A stretch of DNA of 37,456 nt from an uncultured Erysipelotrichaceae bacterium (GTDB lineage: Bacteria; Bacillota_I; Bacilli_A; Erysipelotrichales; Erysipelotrichaceae), in the NCBI GenBank assembly GCA_937957895.1, contig CALFEZ010000308.1, positions 1 to 37,456 of the forward strand, in the 5' to 3' direction. The translations under genes were made by a program, and so were the position numbers. Below the pieces are notes generated by a model, which was not told where the DNA came from, did not search any database, and saw only the letters and a program-made list of their open reading frames with translations. Below are positions 1-9,026 of the stretch, in pieces; position 1 is the first letter of the stretch; each line of letters starts with the position of its first letter.

Positions 1-39
1 TTCAACTACGTCTTCTGGTCTATTCAGAATCTTTTTCAT
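1..39 (-). CDS. 5' end (13 codons, MKKILNRPEDVVE...) of a gene that runs off the left edge. The product cannot be called from 13 residues; the resemblance to DhaK/Dak1-type N-termini is weak.
   Basis: ATG at 39..37. A GGAGGAG Shine-Dalgarno (plus-strand ctcctcc, 46..52) lies 6 nt upstream, with a near-consensus promoter further upstream. Confidence 0.45.
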   Translation of the reverse strand, partial: MKKILNRPEDVVE

Positions 40-100
40 GCTATACTCCTCCTTCTTAGGTAATTATTCGCGGTTTACACTTCGATGTGTATCCGCTTTC

Positions 101-129
101 ATTATAGTTATTCACTACTGTTTTTGCAA
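101..129 (-). promoter_or_regulatory. Sigma-70/SigA-type promoter for the left-edge gene
   Basis: On the minus strand: TTGCAA (129..124), exactly 17 nt spacer, TATAAT (106..101). The roughly 55-nt leader contains the imperfect hairpin GCGGaTACAC-atcgaa-GTGTAaaCCGC (70..96). Confidence 0.6.
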
Positions 130-171
130 ATCAAACACACAGCTGGTCGAAAATTGTCTACTATATTTCAG

Positions 172-197
172 AAAAAAAGTTTGATTTCTCAAACTTT
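172..197 (-). terminator. Rho-independent terminator of gpmI
   Basis: Minus-strand hairpin AAAGTTTGA-gaaa-TCAAACTTT (197..176) followed by TTTTTTC. The stem overlaps the gpmI stop codon. Confidence 0.6.
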
Positions 198-1764
198 ACT
201 TTTCTATCATGCTTTGTTCCCAAACAGGGTTGGGTTCGATGTCCATTAAATCACACAAGCTGGCTGCAACATTCGCCAATCCGAATGCTCCTTCTTTGAG
301 CGAAACATCTTTGTTGATGACGATAAATGGCACCGGATTAAGTGTATGAGCAGTTTTGGGTTTGGGTGGTTTTGTCTCATCTTTGGTTTTCTCGTACATT
401 TCATCGGCATTCCCGTGATCTGCCACGACCACCAGGATACCATTGACCTCATCAACGGCACGTTTGACGCGACTAAGCATCAAATCGACTGTTTCGACAC
501 TGATGATGGTAGCAAGTAAGTTACCTGTATGGCCAACCATGTCTCCGTTTGGATAATTGATCCGCAAGAAGTCGTATTCTTTGCTTTTGATCGCTTCGAT
601 CAGCTTGTCGGTGATCTCAGCTGCCTTCATCCATGGTCGTTGTTCAAATGGAACAAGGTCTGATTTGATTTCTACGAAAGTTTCATGTTTCTCACTGAAT
701 TTTCCGGTTTTGTTTCCGTTCCAGAAATAGGTCACATGTCCATACTTTTGAGTTTCAGATATGGCAAACATGCGGATATCATGCTTGAGAAGGTGTTCTG
801 TTAAGGTGTTTTTAATGCGTGGCGGAGCAACCAAAAAGCGTTTTGGAATTTGCAGGTCTCCGTCATACTGAAGCATACCGGCGTACTTGACATTTGGTAC
901 TACTCTTTCAAATTTATCAAAACCTTCTTCTTCAAAAGCCCTGGATATCTCAAGTGCTCTGTCTCCTCTGAAGTTGAAGAAAACCACACTGTCATTGTCT
1001 TGGATCTTCCCTACCGGAACTCCGTCTTTGGCAATAACAAAGGCATCAAGATATTGATCAGATACATCTTCACGCTCACGATTTTGGGTGATGGCTTCCG
1101 TTGCGCTGGCAAACATTGGACCTTCTCCCAATACGTGGGTTTTCCATCCTAGTTCCACCATCGACCATTCGGCTTCATATCGGTCCATGGTCACTTTCAT
1201 CCGCCCACCGCCACTGGCGATACAGGCATGGAAAGTATCGTCATTGAGTGAAGCCATGTGTTCTTCTATGGCATCGATATACTCCAATGCTGATTTGGAA
1301 GGGACATCCCGTCCATCAAGCAGAGCATGTATGCGAACATTTTTGATTTTCTCGGTTTTTGCCTGAGAAATCAATGATTTGAGATGGGTGATATGCGAAT
1401 GGACATTCCCATCAGACAACAATCCGATAAAATGCATCGTATGGTCTTTGGAATATGCAACAAGCTCTTTCCATGTTTCGGACTCATAGATCGAACCATC
1501 TGCGATGGATTCATTGACCAGTTTCGCTCCTTGTGAGTAGATTTGGCCACAGCCCAAAGCATTGTGTCCAACTTCGGAGTTGCCCATATCCTCATCAGTA
1601 GGTAAGCCCACAGCTGTTCCATGTGCTTTCATCAACAAATGAGGTTCATTTTTCATTGCTGCATCCAAAAATGGAGTATATGCCTGCAATACTGCATTGC
1701 CATATGTTTTTTCACTGATGCCAACTCCATCCATCACTACAAATACAAGTGGTCTTCTACTCAT
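196..1764 (-). CDS. gpmI: 2,3-bisphosphoglycerate-independent phosphoglycerate mutase
   Basis: 522-aa ORF. N-terminal VVMDGVG...GNSEVGH metal/phospho-Ser motif and C-terminal ADHGN motif typical of iPGM. SD AGAGGAGGA upstream of the ATG. Confidence 0.92.
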   Translation of the reverse strand: MSRRPLVFVVMDGVGISEKTYGNAVLQAYTPFLDAAMKNEPHLLMKAHGTAVGLPTDEDMGNSEVGHNALGCGQIYSQGAKLVNESIADGSIYESETWKELVAYSKDHTMHFIGLLSDGNVHSHITHLKSLISQAKTEKIKNVRIHALLDGRDVPSKSALEYIDAIEEHMASLNDDTFHACIASGGGRMKVTMDRYEAEWSMVELGWKTHVLGEGPMFASATEAITQNREREDVSDQYLDAFVIAKDGVPVGKIQDNDSVVFFNFRGDRALEISRAFEEEGFDKFERVVPNVKYAGMLQYDGDLQIPKRFLVAPPRIKNTLTEHLLKHDIRMFAISETQKYGHVTYFWNGNKTGKFSEKHETFVEIKSDLVPFEQRPWMKAAEITDKLIEAIKSKEYDFLRINYPNGDMVGHTGNLLATIISVETVDLMLSRVKRAVDEVNGILVVVADHGNADEMYEKTKDETKPPKPKTAHTLNPVPFIVINKDVSLKEGAFGLANVAASLCDLMDIEPNPVWEQSMIEK

Positions 1765-1784
1765 AATATCCTCCTCTTTATTAA

Positions 1785-1810
1785 AATAACAACGGGGATC
1801 CGTCGTTATT
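1785..1810 (-). terminator. Hairpin overlapping the divIC stop codon; a possible weak terminator or attenuator between divIC and gpmI
   Basis: 11-bp stem (AATAACGACGG / CCGTTGTTATT, one G-U pair) with a 4-nt loop on the minus strand. It is followed only by a short TTTTAAT tract. Confidence 0.35.
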
Positions 1811-2117
1811 CATTATCATCTGCCTGAGGCAAGAAGAAAATCTGCTCGCCATCCTTGGATAGCATGAATCCGGACCGTGCATAGCTTTTGACATACTCAG
1901 GGTCCAGAAGTTTATCTTTTTGTTCCACCAGAAACTCATATTCCTTTTCGATGATTTCCAATTGTTCCTGGACATCATTCAGTTGATTGCGTAATTGGAC
2001 AGTTGCTACGATCTCCATGGAGACTTGGTATAAAAGATATACTGCAACAAAAAAGATGCCGATCACGATCACATTGATGAGCGTTTGTTTTACTTTGCTT
2101 CTTTTCTTTTTTGCCAT
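1806..2117 (-). CDS. divIC: Septum formation initiator family protein (FtsB/DivIC-like)
   Basis: 103 aa. Basic N-terminus, one TM helix (LINVIVIGIFFVAVYLLY), a coiled-coil, then the DPEYVKSYARSGF...GE motif typical of DivIC/FtsB. SD AAGGTGGA. Confidence 0.8.
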   Translation of the reverse strand: MAKKKRSKVKQTLINVIVIGIFFVAVYLLYQVSMEIVATVQLRNQLNDVQEQLEIIEKEYEFLVEQKDKLLDPEYVKSYARSGFMLSKDGEQIFFLPQADDNE

Positions 2118-2188
2118 GGATCCACCTTCTTTTGCGTCTTTAATTATACTAGGTACACTTCAAAATGCAAGTTTGTGCGATTCATCGA

Positions 2189-2434
2189 TTATTGTTCAAT
2201 GATCTCATACATCGTCTCTGCTTCGGTTTTCTTTGGATTGAGCAACAAGCTGGTCACCCTAATCGTGAACTGACGATGGCCGAAAGTCAATTCGATGATG
2301 TCCTTGATATCGACCTCCGTCGAAGGCTTGCTGATCTTCCCATTGATCTTTATTTTGCCATTATCAGCAAGCACTTTGGCGATCGATCGTTTTTTGACGA
2401 CTCTAGCAACTTTAAGAAACTTGTCGATCCGCAT
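2189..2434 (-). CDS. rqcP: S4-domain RNA-binding protein, YabO/RqcP (Hsp15-like ribosome quality control factor)
   Basis: 81 aa. [20 protein letters not shown]...GKIKINGK closely follows the B. subtilis YabO/RqcP pattern. Its position downstream of mfd matches Bacillus synteny. Confidence 0.85.
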   Translation of the reverse strand: MRIDKFLKVARVVKKRSIAKVLADNGKIKINGKISKPSTEVDIKDIIELTFGHRQFTIRVTSLLLNPKKTEAETMYEIIEQ

Positions 2435-5400
2435 GATATTTCTCCTTTTTCGTCTCGATCAGCACCTTGTTTAGCAACAACAACCAGTCATCGATTTTCT
2501 TGATGTGGATGCTGATCTTGTTTTTCGTGTATTTCAACTGGATGTGAGATGAAATCTCACTGACTGCCTCAAACCAGGCAATGCCGTTGATCGTTTGGCT
2601 GTATGTTTGAGTAAAAACACACTCGATATGGCTGGCTCTTTCTTTGAATGATTCGACCCTCGGTTCTTTAAGCATGATTTCCAGACGTTTCTTTTCAAAG
2701 AGCATGGAAACTGATCCTGGAAGTCTTCCATAATTGTCGATGATCTCGTCACTGTACTGCTGAAGTTGGGCCAAGGACTTGATCTTCTGGATTTGTTGGT
2801 AGATATTGATTTTTGACAAATCTTCGTCTGTGAATGTCTTGGGGATGTATGCCTCTACATGGACATTGAGAGGTGGCTCGATGTCGATTTTCTCTACAGG
2901 TTTGTTCTGTTTGATCAAAATCGCTTCCTTCAGCAGTTCAATATACATATCCATCCCAACGGTATTGATAAATCCTGATTGTTTCTCTCCAAGCATATCT
3001 CCGGCACCACGAATGGTCAAGTCACGCATCGCGATCTTGTATCCACTCCCTAGCTGTGTGAACTCTTTGATGGCCTGCAATCTTTTTTGAGCCACTTCCG
3101 AAAGCTGCTTTTTAGGTGGATACATCAAATATGTGTAGGCCACTCGATCAGATCTACCTACCCTTCCACGGATCTGATAAAGCTGAGACAGTCCGAAGTT
3201 TTCTGCCTGGTCCACAATCATCGTATTGGCATTTGGGATATCGATCCCTGTTTCGATGATGGTGGTACAAACCAAGATCTGATATTCATTGTTCATAAAG
3301 CGGATCATCACATCTTCGATGGTGTCCCGATCCATCTTTCCATGAGCGACACCGATGGATGCATCGGGGATATCCTGTTGTATTTGGCGTGCTACCTCAA
3401 AGATCCTGTCGATCTGATTGAAAAGGTAAAATACTTGTCCGTTTCTACTTAACTCACGCTCGATGATCTCCTTGATCAACAGCCTGTTTTTGACCACGAT
3501 GTAAGTTTGGATCGGCATCCTGTTTTGTGGAGGTGTATTGAGCTGAGACAACGATCGCAATCCAATCAAAGACATTTGCAGCGTTCTGGGGATAGGTGTT
3601 GCACTTAATGAGAGCACATCGATCGACTGCTTGAGTTGCTTGATTTTCTCTTTGTGTTCCACACCGAAACGTTGTTCTTCATCGATGATCAACAGCCCCA
3701 AGTCCGCGAACTTGATATCCTGAGACAAGATGCGATGAGTTCCGATAAGAATGTCTACTTTGTGATGCTTGACATCTCTGATGATCCTGTTTTGTACACT
3801 CGGCAACACGAATCGGTTGAGAAGCTCGATATTGACTGCGTGGTTTTTGAATCTTTCGCTAAACGTTTTGATATGTTGAAATGAGAGCACCGTGGTTGGA
3901 CACAAAAAAGCCACCTGTTTGTTCTCGCTGACAGCCTTGAATGCTGCTCTCATGGCAACTTCGGTCTTTCCAAACCCCACATCCCCACACAGCAACCTAT
4001 CCATTGGTTTTGAGCTTTGCATGTCTGCTTTGATTTCTTCTATCGCGATTTTTTGATCTTCAGTGGTTTCATACTCGAACTCATCTTCGAATTGTTTTTG
4101 CTGAGGATCGTCTTCTTTGTATGCATGCCCGATATGCTTTTCTCTTTCACTATATAAGGCTATGAGCTCTTCAGCGATCATGGAGACACTCTCAGAGACT
4201 TTTTGTTTTGTTTTTTGCCACTCGGATGTACCCAGTTTGTTGAGTCTTGGCACGATTCCTTCCATCGAAACGAACTTTCGTACTAATTGGAATTGTTCCA
4301 AAGGAATAAACAGCTTGGCATCATCGCGATATGCGATATGCAGGTAATCTGTTTTGATCCCGTGGACCGTTTTATTGACGATACCCAAGTATTTCCCTAT
4401 GCCATGTTCTTGATGGACGACATAATCACCTGACTTTAGTTGATCGTAAGATGTTAGCGCTTCAGCTTCTTTGAAACGGTTGATATGCTTTGCTGGTGTC
4501 TTTTTTGTTTGAAACAATTCTTTTTCACTGATGATCACCAGTTTTTTGTCTTTGTATTCAAACCCAAAATCCAAATCCCCTATCTGGATGTTGATGGTTT
4601 GATCAAAGTACTGACCTGCAGACATCACATATTGGACTTCTTGCTGGATCAGAGCTTCGATCAAAGGTGGTGCATATCCTGGCGAAATGATCATTATCTT
4701 CTTGTATCCGGCATATTGTTTTTCAATGATCTTGATTTTATGTTTGAGAGTGGATGATCCCAAGTCCACAGGATGCCATGGCAACGATATTTCGTTACTT
4801 GTTTGAAACTGATGTATTTCAAGCGGTTTGTATCGTGCCATGATCGTAAACAAATCTTCAAAAAGGTTGTCATGATCGATGACTTTATGTTGTTCGAATC
4901 GTTCTGATAAGTAGTCAAAATTGTCTTCGATCACTTTTGTAAAACTGCTTAATCCTTGTTCTTTGCTGGAAATGACCACTTGCGGTTGATCAAAATAGCT
5001 CAAAATCGATGTGGTGTCATCACACATTGCAAAAAAGGGATATAGGCGAGGATGATAACTGTCCTGGTAAAGCTCATCGAGGTCATTTTTTAGCTGACTT
5101 ATCAAGTGTTGGTCTTGTTGGTGACCAAGATCATTGATCACTGAGTGAATCATTGAACTCATCTTTTGTTTTTGATTGCTTGTCCAAAGCATGTCTGTTG
5201 CATGATAAACCGTGATTTCAGTTAGTGGCTGGATGGTTCTTTGAGAGTGGATATCAAACAATCGGATGCTTTCAACGAAATCATCAAAAAACTCGATCCG
5301 TATAGGGTGCTCGTATGCGATATCATACACATCCACGATGTTTCCGCGATTGGCGTACATCAGTGGCTGATCGACACGGATGGTTTTGGTATACCCTAAA

Positions 5401-5864
5401 TCCCTGATGTTATCAAGCAATGTCTCCAAGTTCATCTGTTGGTCGGTTTTTATATGAATGATATGCTTTAGAATCGTTTCTTTGTGAGGTATTTTTCGAA
5501 TCACTGCTCCAACATGTGTGACACACAATGGGTTGGGATGCATGATCGTTTTGATCATTGCTTCGATCTTGTCTGCCTGTGAGATCGTGGATGTTGCTAT
5601 TTCTTCGACTCGCAGCGAATCTTCCTGAGAGTACAAAAAAAGACCTTCATAAGCAGAAAGCAAGCTGTCAAGCTTATCATACAGTTGCCTTGCCAAGTAT
5701 AGGTTCGGCTTGATGATGATCAGCGGGCGTGGACGCTCATGATAAGAGGCAGCGATCAAAAGCGCTTCTTGTTCAATGGAAAGGTTACAAAAACGTTCTT
5801 GGTTACTGTTGAATGCATGTATTGCAGGATGTTCACTCAGTATCTGGAGTATTGTCTTCATCAT
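2412..5864 (-). CDS. mfd: Transcription-repair coupling factor
   Basis: 1150 aa. UvrB-homology N-terminal region, CarD/RID region ([14 protein letters not shown]), SF2 helicase motifs ([24 protein letters not shown]) and a TRCF C-terminal domain. Confidence 0.97.
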   Translation of the reverse strand: MMKTILQILSEHPAIHAFNSNQERFCNLSIEQEALLIAASYHERPRPLIIIKPNLYLARQLYDKLDSLLSAYEGLFLYSQEDSLRVEEIATSTISQADKIEAMIKTIMHPNPLCVTHVGAVIRKIPHKETILKHIIHIKTDQQMNLETLLDNIRDLGYTKTIRVDQPLMYANRGNIVDVYDIAYEHPIRIEFFDDFVESIRLFDIHSQRTIQPLTEITVYHATDMLWTSNQKQKMSSMIHSVINDLGHQQDQHLISQLKNDLDELYQDSYHPRLYPFFAMCDDTTSILSYFDQPQVVISSKEQGLSSFTKVIEDNFDYLSERFEQHKVIDHDNLFEDLFTIMARYKPLEIHQFQTSNEISLPWHPVDLGSSTLKHKIKIIEKQYAGYKKIMIISPGYAPPLIEALIQQEVQYVMSAGQYFDQTINIQIGDLDFGFEYKDKKLVIISEKELFQTKKTPAKHINRFKEAEALTSYDQLKSGDYVVHQEHGIGKYLGIVNKTVHGIKTDYLHIAYRDDAKLFIPLEQFQLVRKFVSMEGIVPRLNKLGTSEWQKTKQKVSESVSMIAEELIALYSEREKHIGHAYKEDDPQQKQFEDEFEYETTEDQKIAIEEIKADMQSSKPMDRLLCGDVGFGKTEVAMRAAFKAVSENKQVAFLCPTTVLSFQHIKTFSERFKNHAVNIELLNRFVLPSVQNRIIRDVKHHKVDILIGTHRILSQDIKFADLGLLIIDEEQRFGVEHKEKIKQLKQSIDVLSLSATPIPRTLQMSLIGLRSLSQLNTPPQNRMPIQTYIVVKNRLLIKEIIERELSRNGQVFYLFNQIDRIFEVARQIQQDIPDASIGVAHGKMDRDTIEDVMIRFMNNEYQILVCTTIIETGIDIPNANTMIVDQAENFGLSQLYQIRGRVGRSDRVAYTYLMYPPKKQLSEVAQKRLQAIKEFTQLGSGYKIAMRDLTIRGAGDMLGEKQSGFINTVGMDMYIELLKEAILIKQNKPVEKIDIEPPLNVHVEAYIPKTFTDEDLSKINIYQQIQKIKSLAQLQQYSDEIIDNYGRLPGSVSMLFEKKRLEIMLKEPRVESFKERASHIECVFTQTYSQTINGIAWFEAVSEISSHIQLKYTKNKISIHIKKIDDWLLLLNKVLIETKKEKYHADRQVS

Positions 5865-6423
5865 TGTTTTTGTTGTATTGATTCATGGCTGTTTCAAGCC
5901 CTTTGGTCACAAAAACCAAGGCCGCTTGTGTTGCCTGTTGGATACTTTGGATGTAACGGTCATAATTTTCTTTTTCAAACTTCCCTAAAACATAATCGGC
6001 AGCATCAATGTTTGGGTTTTTCCCGATTCCGATCCTGATTCTTGGAAACATGTTGGTTTGTAGACGATCGATGATGTTTTTCAAACCCTTTTGCCCTCCC
6101 GCACCACCAAAAGGACGAATCCTTATTTTCCCGGGAGGTAGATCCATATCATCACTGATGACGATCACATTGCCTGGCTCGATCTTGTAATAGTTCATAG
6201 CAGACAACACTGCCTCTCCCGAAAGATTCATGTATGTTTGAGGTTTGCATAAAATGACTTTGACACCTTCGTATTCTACGGAAGCGATGTGAGCATTGTA
6301 TTTTGATTGATATTTGATGACTCCCAAGCTTTTTGCTATTTCATCCAACACCAAAAAACCAATATTGTGGCGTGTGAACTCATATTTTTTCCCGGGATTT
6401 CCAAGCCCTACGATCATCTTCAT
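5833..6423 (-). CDS. pth: Peptidyl-tRNA hydrolase
   Basis: MKMIVGLGNPG..YEFTRHNIGF..MNLSGE..D motifs. The ORF-track start (6447) was trimmed. AAGGTAGG (6438..6431) is 7 nt from the ATG at 6423; starts at 6429 or 6417 remain possible. Confidence 0.92.
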   Translation of the reverse strand: MKMIVGLGNPGKKYEFTRHNIGFLVLDEIAKSLGVIKYQSKYNAHIASVEYEGVKVILCKPQTYMNLSGEAVLSAMNYYKIEPGNVIVISDDMDLPPGKIRIRPFGGAGGQKGLKNIIDRLQTNMFPRIRIGIGKNPNIDAADYVLGKFEKENYDRYIQSIQQATQAALVFVTKGLETAMNQYNKNNDEDNTPDTE

Positions 6424-6451
6424 TGTCATACCTACCTTATTATACATGGAA

Positions 6452-6485
6452 AAATCAAAACAAAAAACTTTCCACTGATGGAAAG
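6452..6485 (-). terminator. Rho-independent terminator after jag
   Basis: Minus-strand CTTTCCA-tcag-TGGAAAG (6485..6468) followed by TTTTTTGTTTTGATTTTT. Confidence 0.7.
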
Positions 6486-7100
6486 TTAATCGCCTGACTT
6501 ATCAAAAAAGATTCGTAATCGTCTGTTTTTACCTTCACCTTCACTTTCGGTTCTGATGTTTCGCATCTTGGAAAGTGTTTGATGGACGACCTTTCGTTCA
6601 TCGTTAGGCATCGGATCAAGAACTGCTGCGATCTTTGTCCGTTGGACATTCTTTGCGATGCGAGTTGCCATGGCACGGACTTTTTCATATCGGTCTTTCT
6701 TGTAATTGTTGATATCCACCACTACTTGAAAGCGATGCTTGAAATATGAGTTGACCGCCCCTTTGACAACCGTATTGATCGCTTGGAGTGTTTGCCCATT
6801 TTTACCGATAAGGATCGCATTGTTGGATGCATCGATCGAAATTTTGATCAGGTCATTTTCCTTTTTGACATATGCTGTTGCCTCAGGATCGTAGTGATGC
6901 AAAAATGTTTCAACATAGTCTTTCAAAAAGTCCATCACATCTTTTTGTGCATACACTTCTGCTGTTACTTCAGATCCAAAACCCAAAAAACCTTGTTTCT
7001 CACTAATAACATAATAAGTGAGTTCATCAACGGTTACTTGTTTCTCTTGGGCTGCTGTGTTTAGGACTTCTTCGAGGTTCTTTCCTGAGTATACTTTCAT
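6486..7100 (-). CDS. khpB: RNA-binding protein Jag/KhpB (Jag_N + KH + R3H domains)
   Basis: KH motif LIGKNGQTLQAI and R3H region LDPMPNDERKVVHQTL...ESEGEG. Start trimmed to the ATG at 7100, with AAGGAG 8 nt upstream. Conserved position downstream of yidC. Confidence 0.88.
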   Translation of the reverse strand: MKVYSGKNLEEVLNTAAQEKQVTVDELTYYVISEKQGFLGFGSEVTAEVYAQKDVMDFLKDYVETFLHHYDPEATAYVKKENDLIKISIDASNNAILIGKNGQTLQAINTVVKGAVNSYFKHRFQVVVDINNYKKDRYEKVRAMATRIAKNVQRTKIAAVLDPMPNDERKVVHQTLSKMRNIRTESEGEGKNRRLRIFFDKSGD

Positions 7101-7117
7101 ATTATCAACTCCTTTGA

Positions 7118-7981
7118 TCAATCAATGTAGCGCCATTGTATAAAGAGCGTCTGAACAACTCTGACACCGGCGCTCACCATCCAATAAAGAGACATTGCAG
7201 TTGGCCAGTTGATCGAAATAAACATGATCATTGCCCACATGCCGTACATCAATCCTTTTTGGCTGTTTTGTGCAGGTGGGTCGTTTGGGCGTTTTGGAGC
7301 ATTTTTTGCTTTTCTTTTTGCTAAAATGGCAGGAAGCTGCATCGACAAAAATTGAAACAACCCCATTGAAGCAAAGATAATAATATAGAGGATCTGCCCT
7401 TCCATGATCCCATTAAGAGGAGTCACTTTCAGACTTGCTCCTAAGATCGTACCATTGACCACCGCTTCTGAACGTTGTACTGCTTGCCACATCGCAATAA
7501 TCACAGGCAACTGAATGAATGTGGAAAAAATAGCACCAAATGGATTGATTCCGTGTTTGGCATACAATGCTTGTGTTTCCTGAGCACTCATCATACGCGA
7601 TTTCTCATCTTTTTTGCCTTCATACTTCTTTTGGATCTTTTGAAGTTCTGGATTCAGTTGTTGCATTTTCTGAGTTGCAACCGTCGATTTTACAGTCAAT
7701 CCAAAAGTCAGTAAATGGATCAAGATGGTGATTGCCGTGATAGCTAACGCTACCCCTATATAAGGTTGCAACCAGTTGATCGCTTTTGCCAACGGGAATA
7801 CGAACAAAGCAGAAAACCAACTCTCATTTGACCAGATGTCTGAAAATTTGGTGGTTGCGCTGATGATTCTTTCAGCAATGATGTTACCATCTTGATCAAT
7901 GTTTCTGGCACATCCGGATATAAGAAGCAATAAGCCGCTGCTTATTATGATTTTTGACCTTTTTGTCAGTGATTTAAACAT
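7118..7981 (-). CDS. yidC: Membrane protein insertase YidC/SpoIIIJ-type lipoprotein
   Basis: Lipobox LLISGC near the N-terminus, multi-pass 60-kDa-IMP core and a basic C-terminal tail. Lies in the rnpA-yidC-jag order. SD AAGGAG. Confidence 0.93.
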   Translation of the reverse strand: MFKSLTKRSKIIISSGLLLLISGCARNIDQDGNIIAERIISATTKFSDIWSNESWFSALFVFPLAKAINWLQPYIGVALAITAITILIHLLTFGLTVKSTVATQKMQQLNPELQKIQKKYEGKKDEKSRMMSAQETQALYAKHGINPFGAIFSTFIQLPVIIAMWQAVQRSEAVVNGTILGASLKVTPLNGIMEGQILYIIIFASMGLFQFLSMQLPAILAKRKAKNAPKRPNDPPAQNSQKGLMYGMWAMIMFISINWPTAMSLYWMVSAGVRVVQTLFIQWRYID

Positions 7982-7996
7982 TTTATTCTCCTTCGC

Positions 7997-8338
7997 TCAT
8001 CTTTCGTCAACTACTATATTAACTTTAAATACTAAATTTTCCAACAACTTTTTGTTTTCTTTAAAAGAATGCTCCAAATACCCTTGACGTACAATGCAAA
8101 TCATGTCTTTATCCAATGAATGCTTCATCATTTCCTGAAACATCATTCGGACTTGACGTTTGATCCTGTTTCGTTCCGTCGCTCTTCCGAGTTTTTTTCC
8201 AACTGAAATCCCGACTCTGGCATGCTCTAAACTCATATCACAATAATAGATAACAAAAGCCTTGTTTGCCGCGAATCGTTTTTGGTTTATGATTTTTTGG
8301 AATTCTCGTTCATCACGGATCCTGAATATCTTATTCAT
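7997..8338 (-). CDS. rnpA: Ribonuclease P protein component
   Basis: MNKIFRIRDEREFQKI... and the RNR-type motif GRATERNRIKRQVR. Start trimmed from the GTG at 8356 to the ATG at 8338 by length and alignment logic; the start is uncertain. Confidence 0.88.
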   Translation of the reverse strand: MNKIFRIRDEREFQKIINQKRFAANKAFVIYYCDMSLEHARVGISVGKKLGRATERNRIKRQVRMMFQEMMKHSLDKDMICIVRQGYLEHSFKENKKLLENLVFKVNIVVDER

Positions 8339-8368
8339 AAATAAAAAAGCCACCACTCAGGTGACTAA

Positions 8369-8503
8369 TCAAGCCGACAAAACCTCTCTGCCTTTAGCAC
8401 GACGTCTGGCCAAGATCCTACGGCCACCCACTGTCTTCATACGGGCTCTGAAGCCGTGTGTTTTTTGGTGTTTTCTTTTGCTTGGTTGATAGGTTCTTTT
8501 CAC
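8369..8503 (-). CDS. rpmH: 50S ribosomal protein L34 (not in the supplied ORF track)
   Basis: My own translation of the minus strand gives (GTG)[44 protein letters not shown], 44 aa. SD GAAGGTGA is 7 nt upstream, the start is GTG and the stop is TGA. Confidence 0.95.
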   Translation of the reverse strand: MKRTYQPSKRKHQKTHGFRARMKTVGGRRILARRRAKGREVLSA

Positions 8504-8545
8504 GTAAGTTCACCTTCACTTTCTCATAGAACAATTTGCTTTACT

Positions 8546-8574
8546 ATCATACATAAATTAGCTTTATGTGTCAA
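8546..8574 (-). promoter_or_regulatory. Promoter of the rpmH-rnpA-yidC-jag operon
   Basis: Minus strand: TTGACA (8574..8569), 17 nt spacer, TATGAT (8551..8546). Confidence 0.7.
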
Positions 8575-8633
8575 CAAAATGGATGATTCCCTTCCCTTTG
8601 AAGCTTTTTTCGTGTATTCTTCAAAAATATGAG

Positions 8634-8976
8634 TTGTCCACATAAGAAGATTGTGGAAAACTTCCTTTTTATCCCAAAGTTTTCAACAATTTTATCCTAT
8701 GTTGTTTCAACAATCGTTGAAAAATGGGAAAACTCAACAAAACGCAAGTAAATACTGAGTTTTCATGTGTTTATAACTAATGTTTCGTCTTGCATTCATC
8801 CACAAACAAATAACAAAATCAACCTATAAGTTGTCCACAATGAAAATTTTTACTTTCTCCACAAAATTCATCTTGTTGATTATTGTGGAAAAGTGGCCAT
8901 TTCTTGTCTAAATAAAGGACATTCTTTATGCTTCGTTTGTGGATAACTCAAAACAAGGAAATATTGCTGTGGAAAA
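8634..8976. other. oriC, dnaA-upstream DnaA-box cluster
   Basis: Eight 9-mers with at most 2 mismatches to TTATCCACA. These are 8634-8642 TTGTCCACA(+), 8652-8660 TTTTCCACA(-), 8796-8804 TCATCCACA(+), 8831-8839 TTGTCCACA(+), 8855-8863 TTCTCCACA(+), 8884-8892 TTTTCCACA(-), 8938-8946 TTATCCACA(-, perfect) and 8968-8976 TTTTCCACA(-). They lie in the 523-bp rpmH-dnaA spacer. Confidence 0.85.
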
Positions 8977-9026
8977 TACAGTTGCTTTTATGTAAAATGT
9001 ATACACAGCTTAAGGAGCAGTTTTTT

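Noticed and set aside
6424-6447. Longer pth start (ATG 6447), or a leaderless pth mRNA from the TATAAT at 6444..6439
   Set aside because: The extension encodes MYNKVGMT, which is not seen in Pth proteins, and it contains the TATAAT itself. The -35 for that TATAAT is poor (T-run of the jag terminator). The leaderless idea is unsupported, so read-through from jag or an upstream promoter is equally possible.
8928-9026. N-terminal 33-codon extension of dnaA in the ORF track
   Set aside because: The extension runs through two DnaA boxes and lies upstream of the AAGGAG SD (9012-9017) that serves the ATG at 9027. The 446-aa product starting MTVAELY... has the normal DnaA length.
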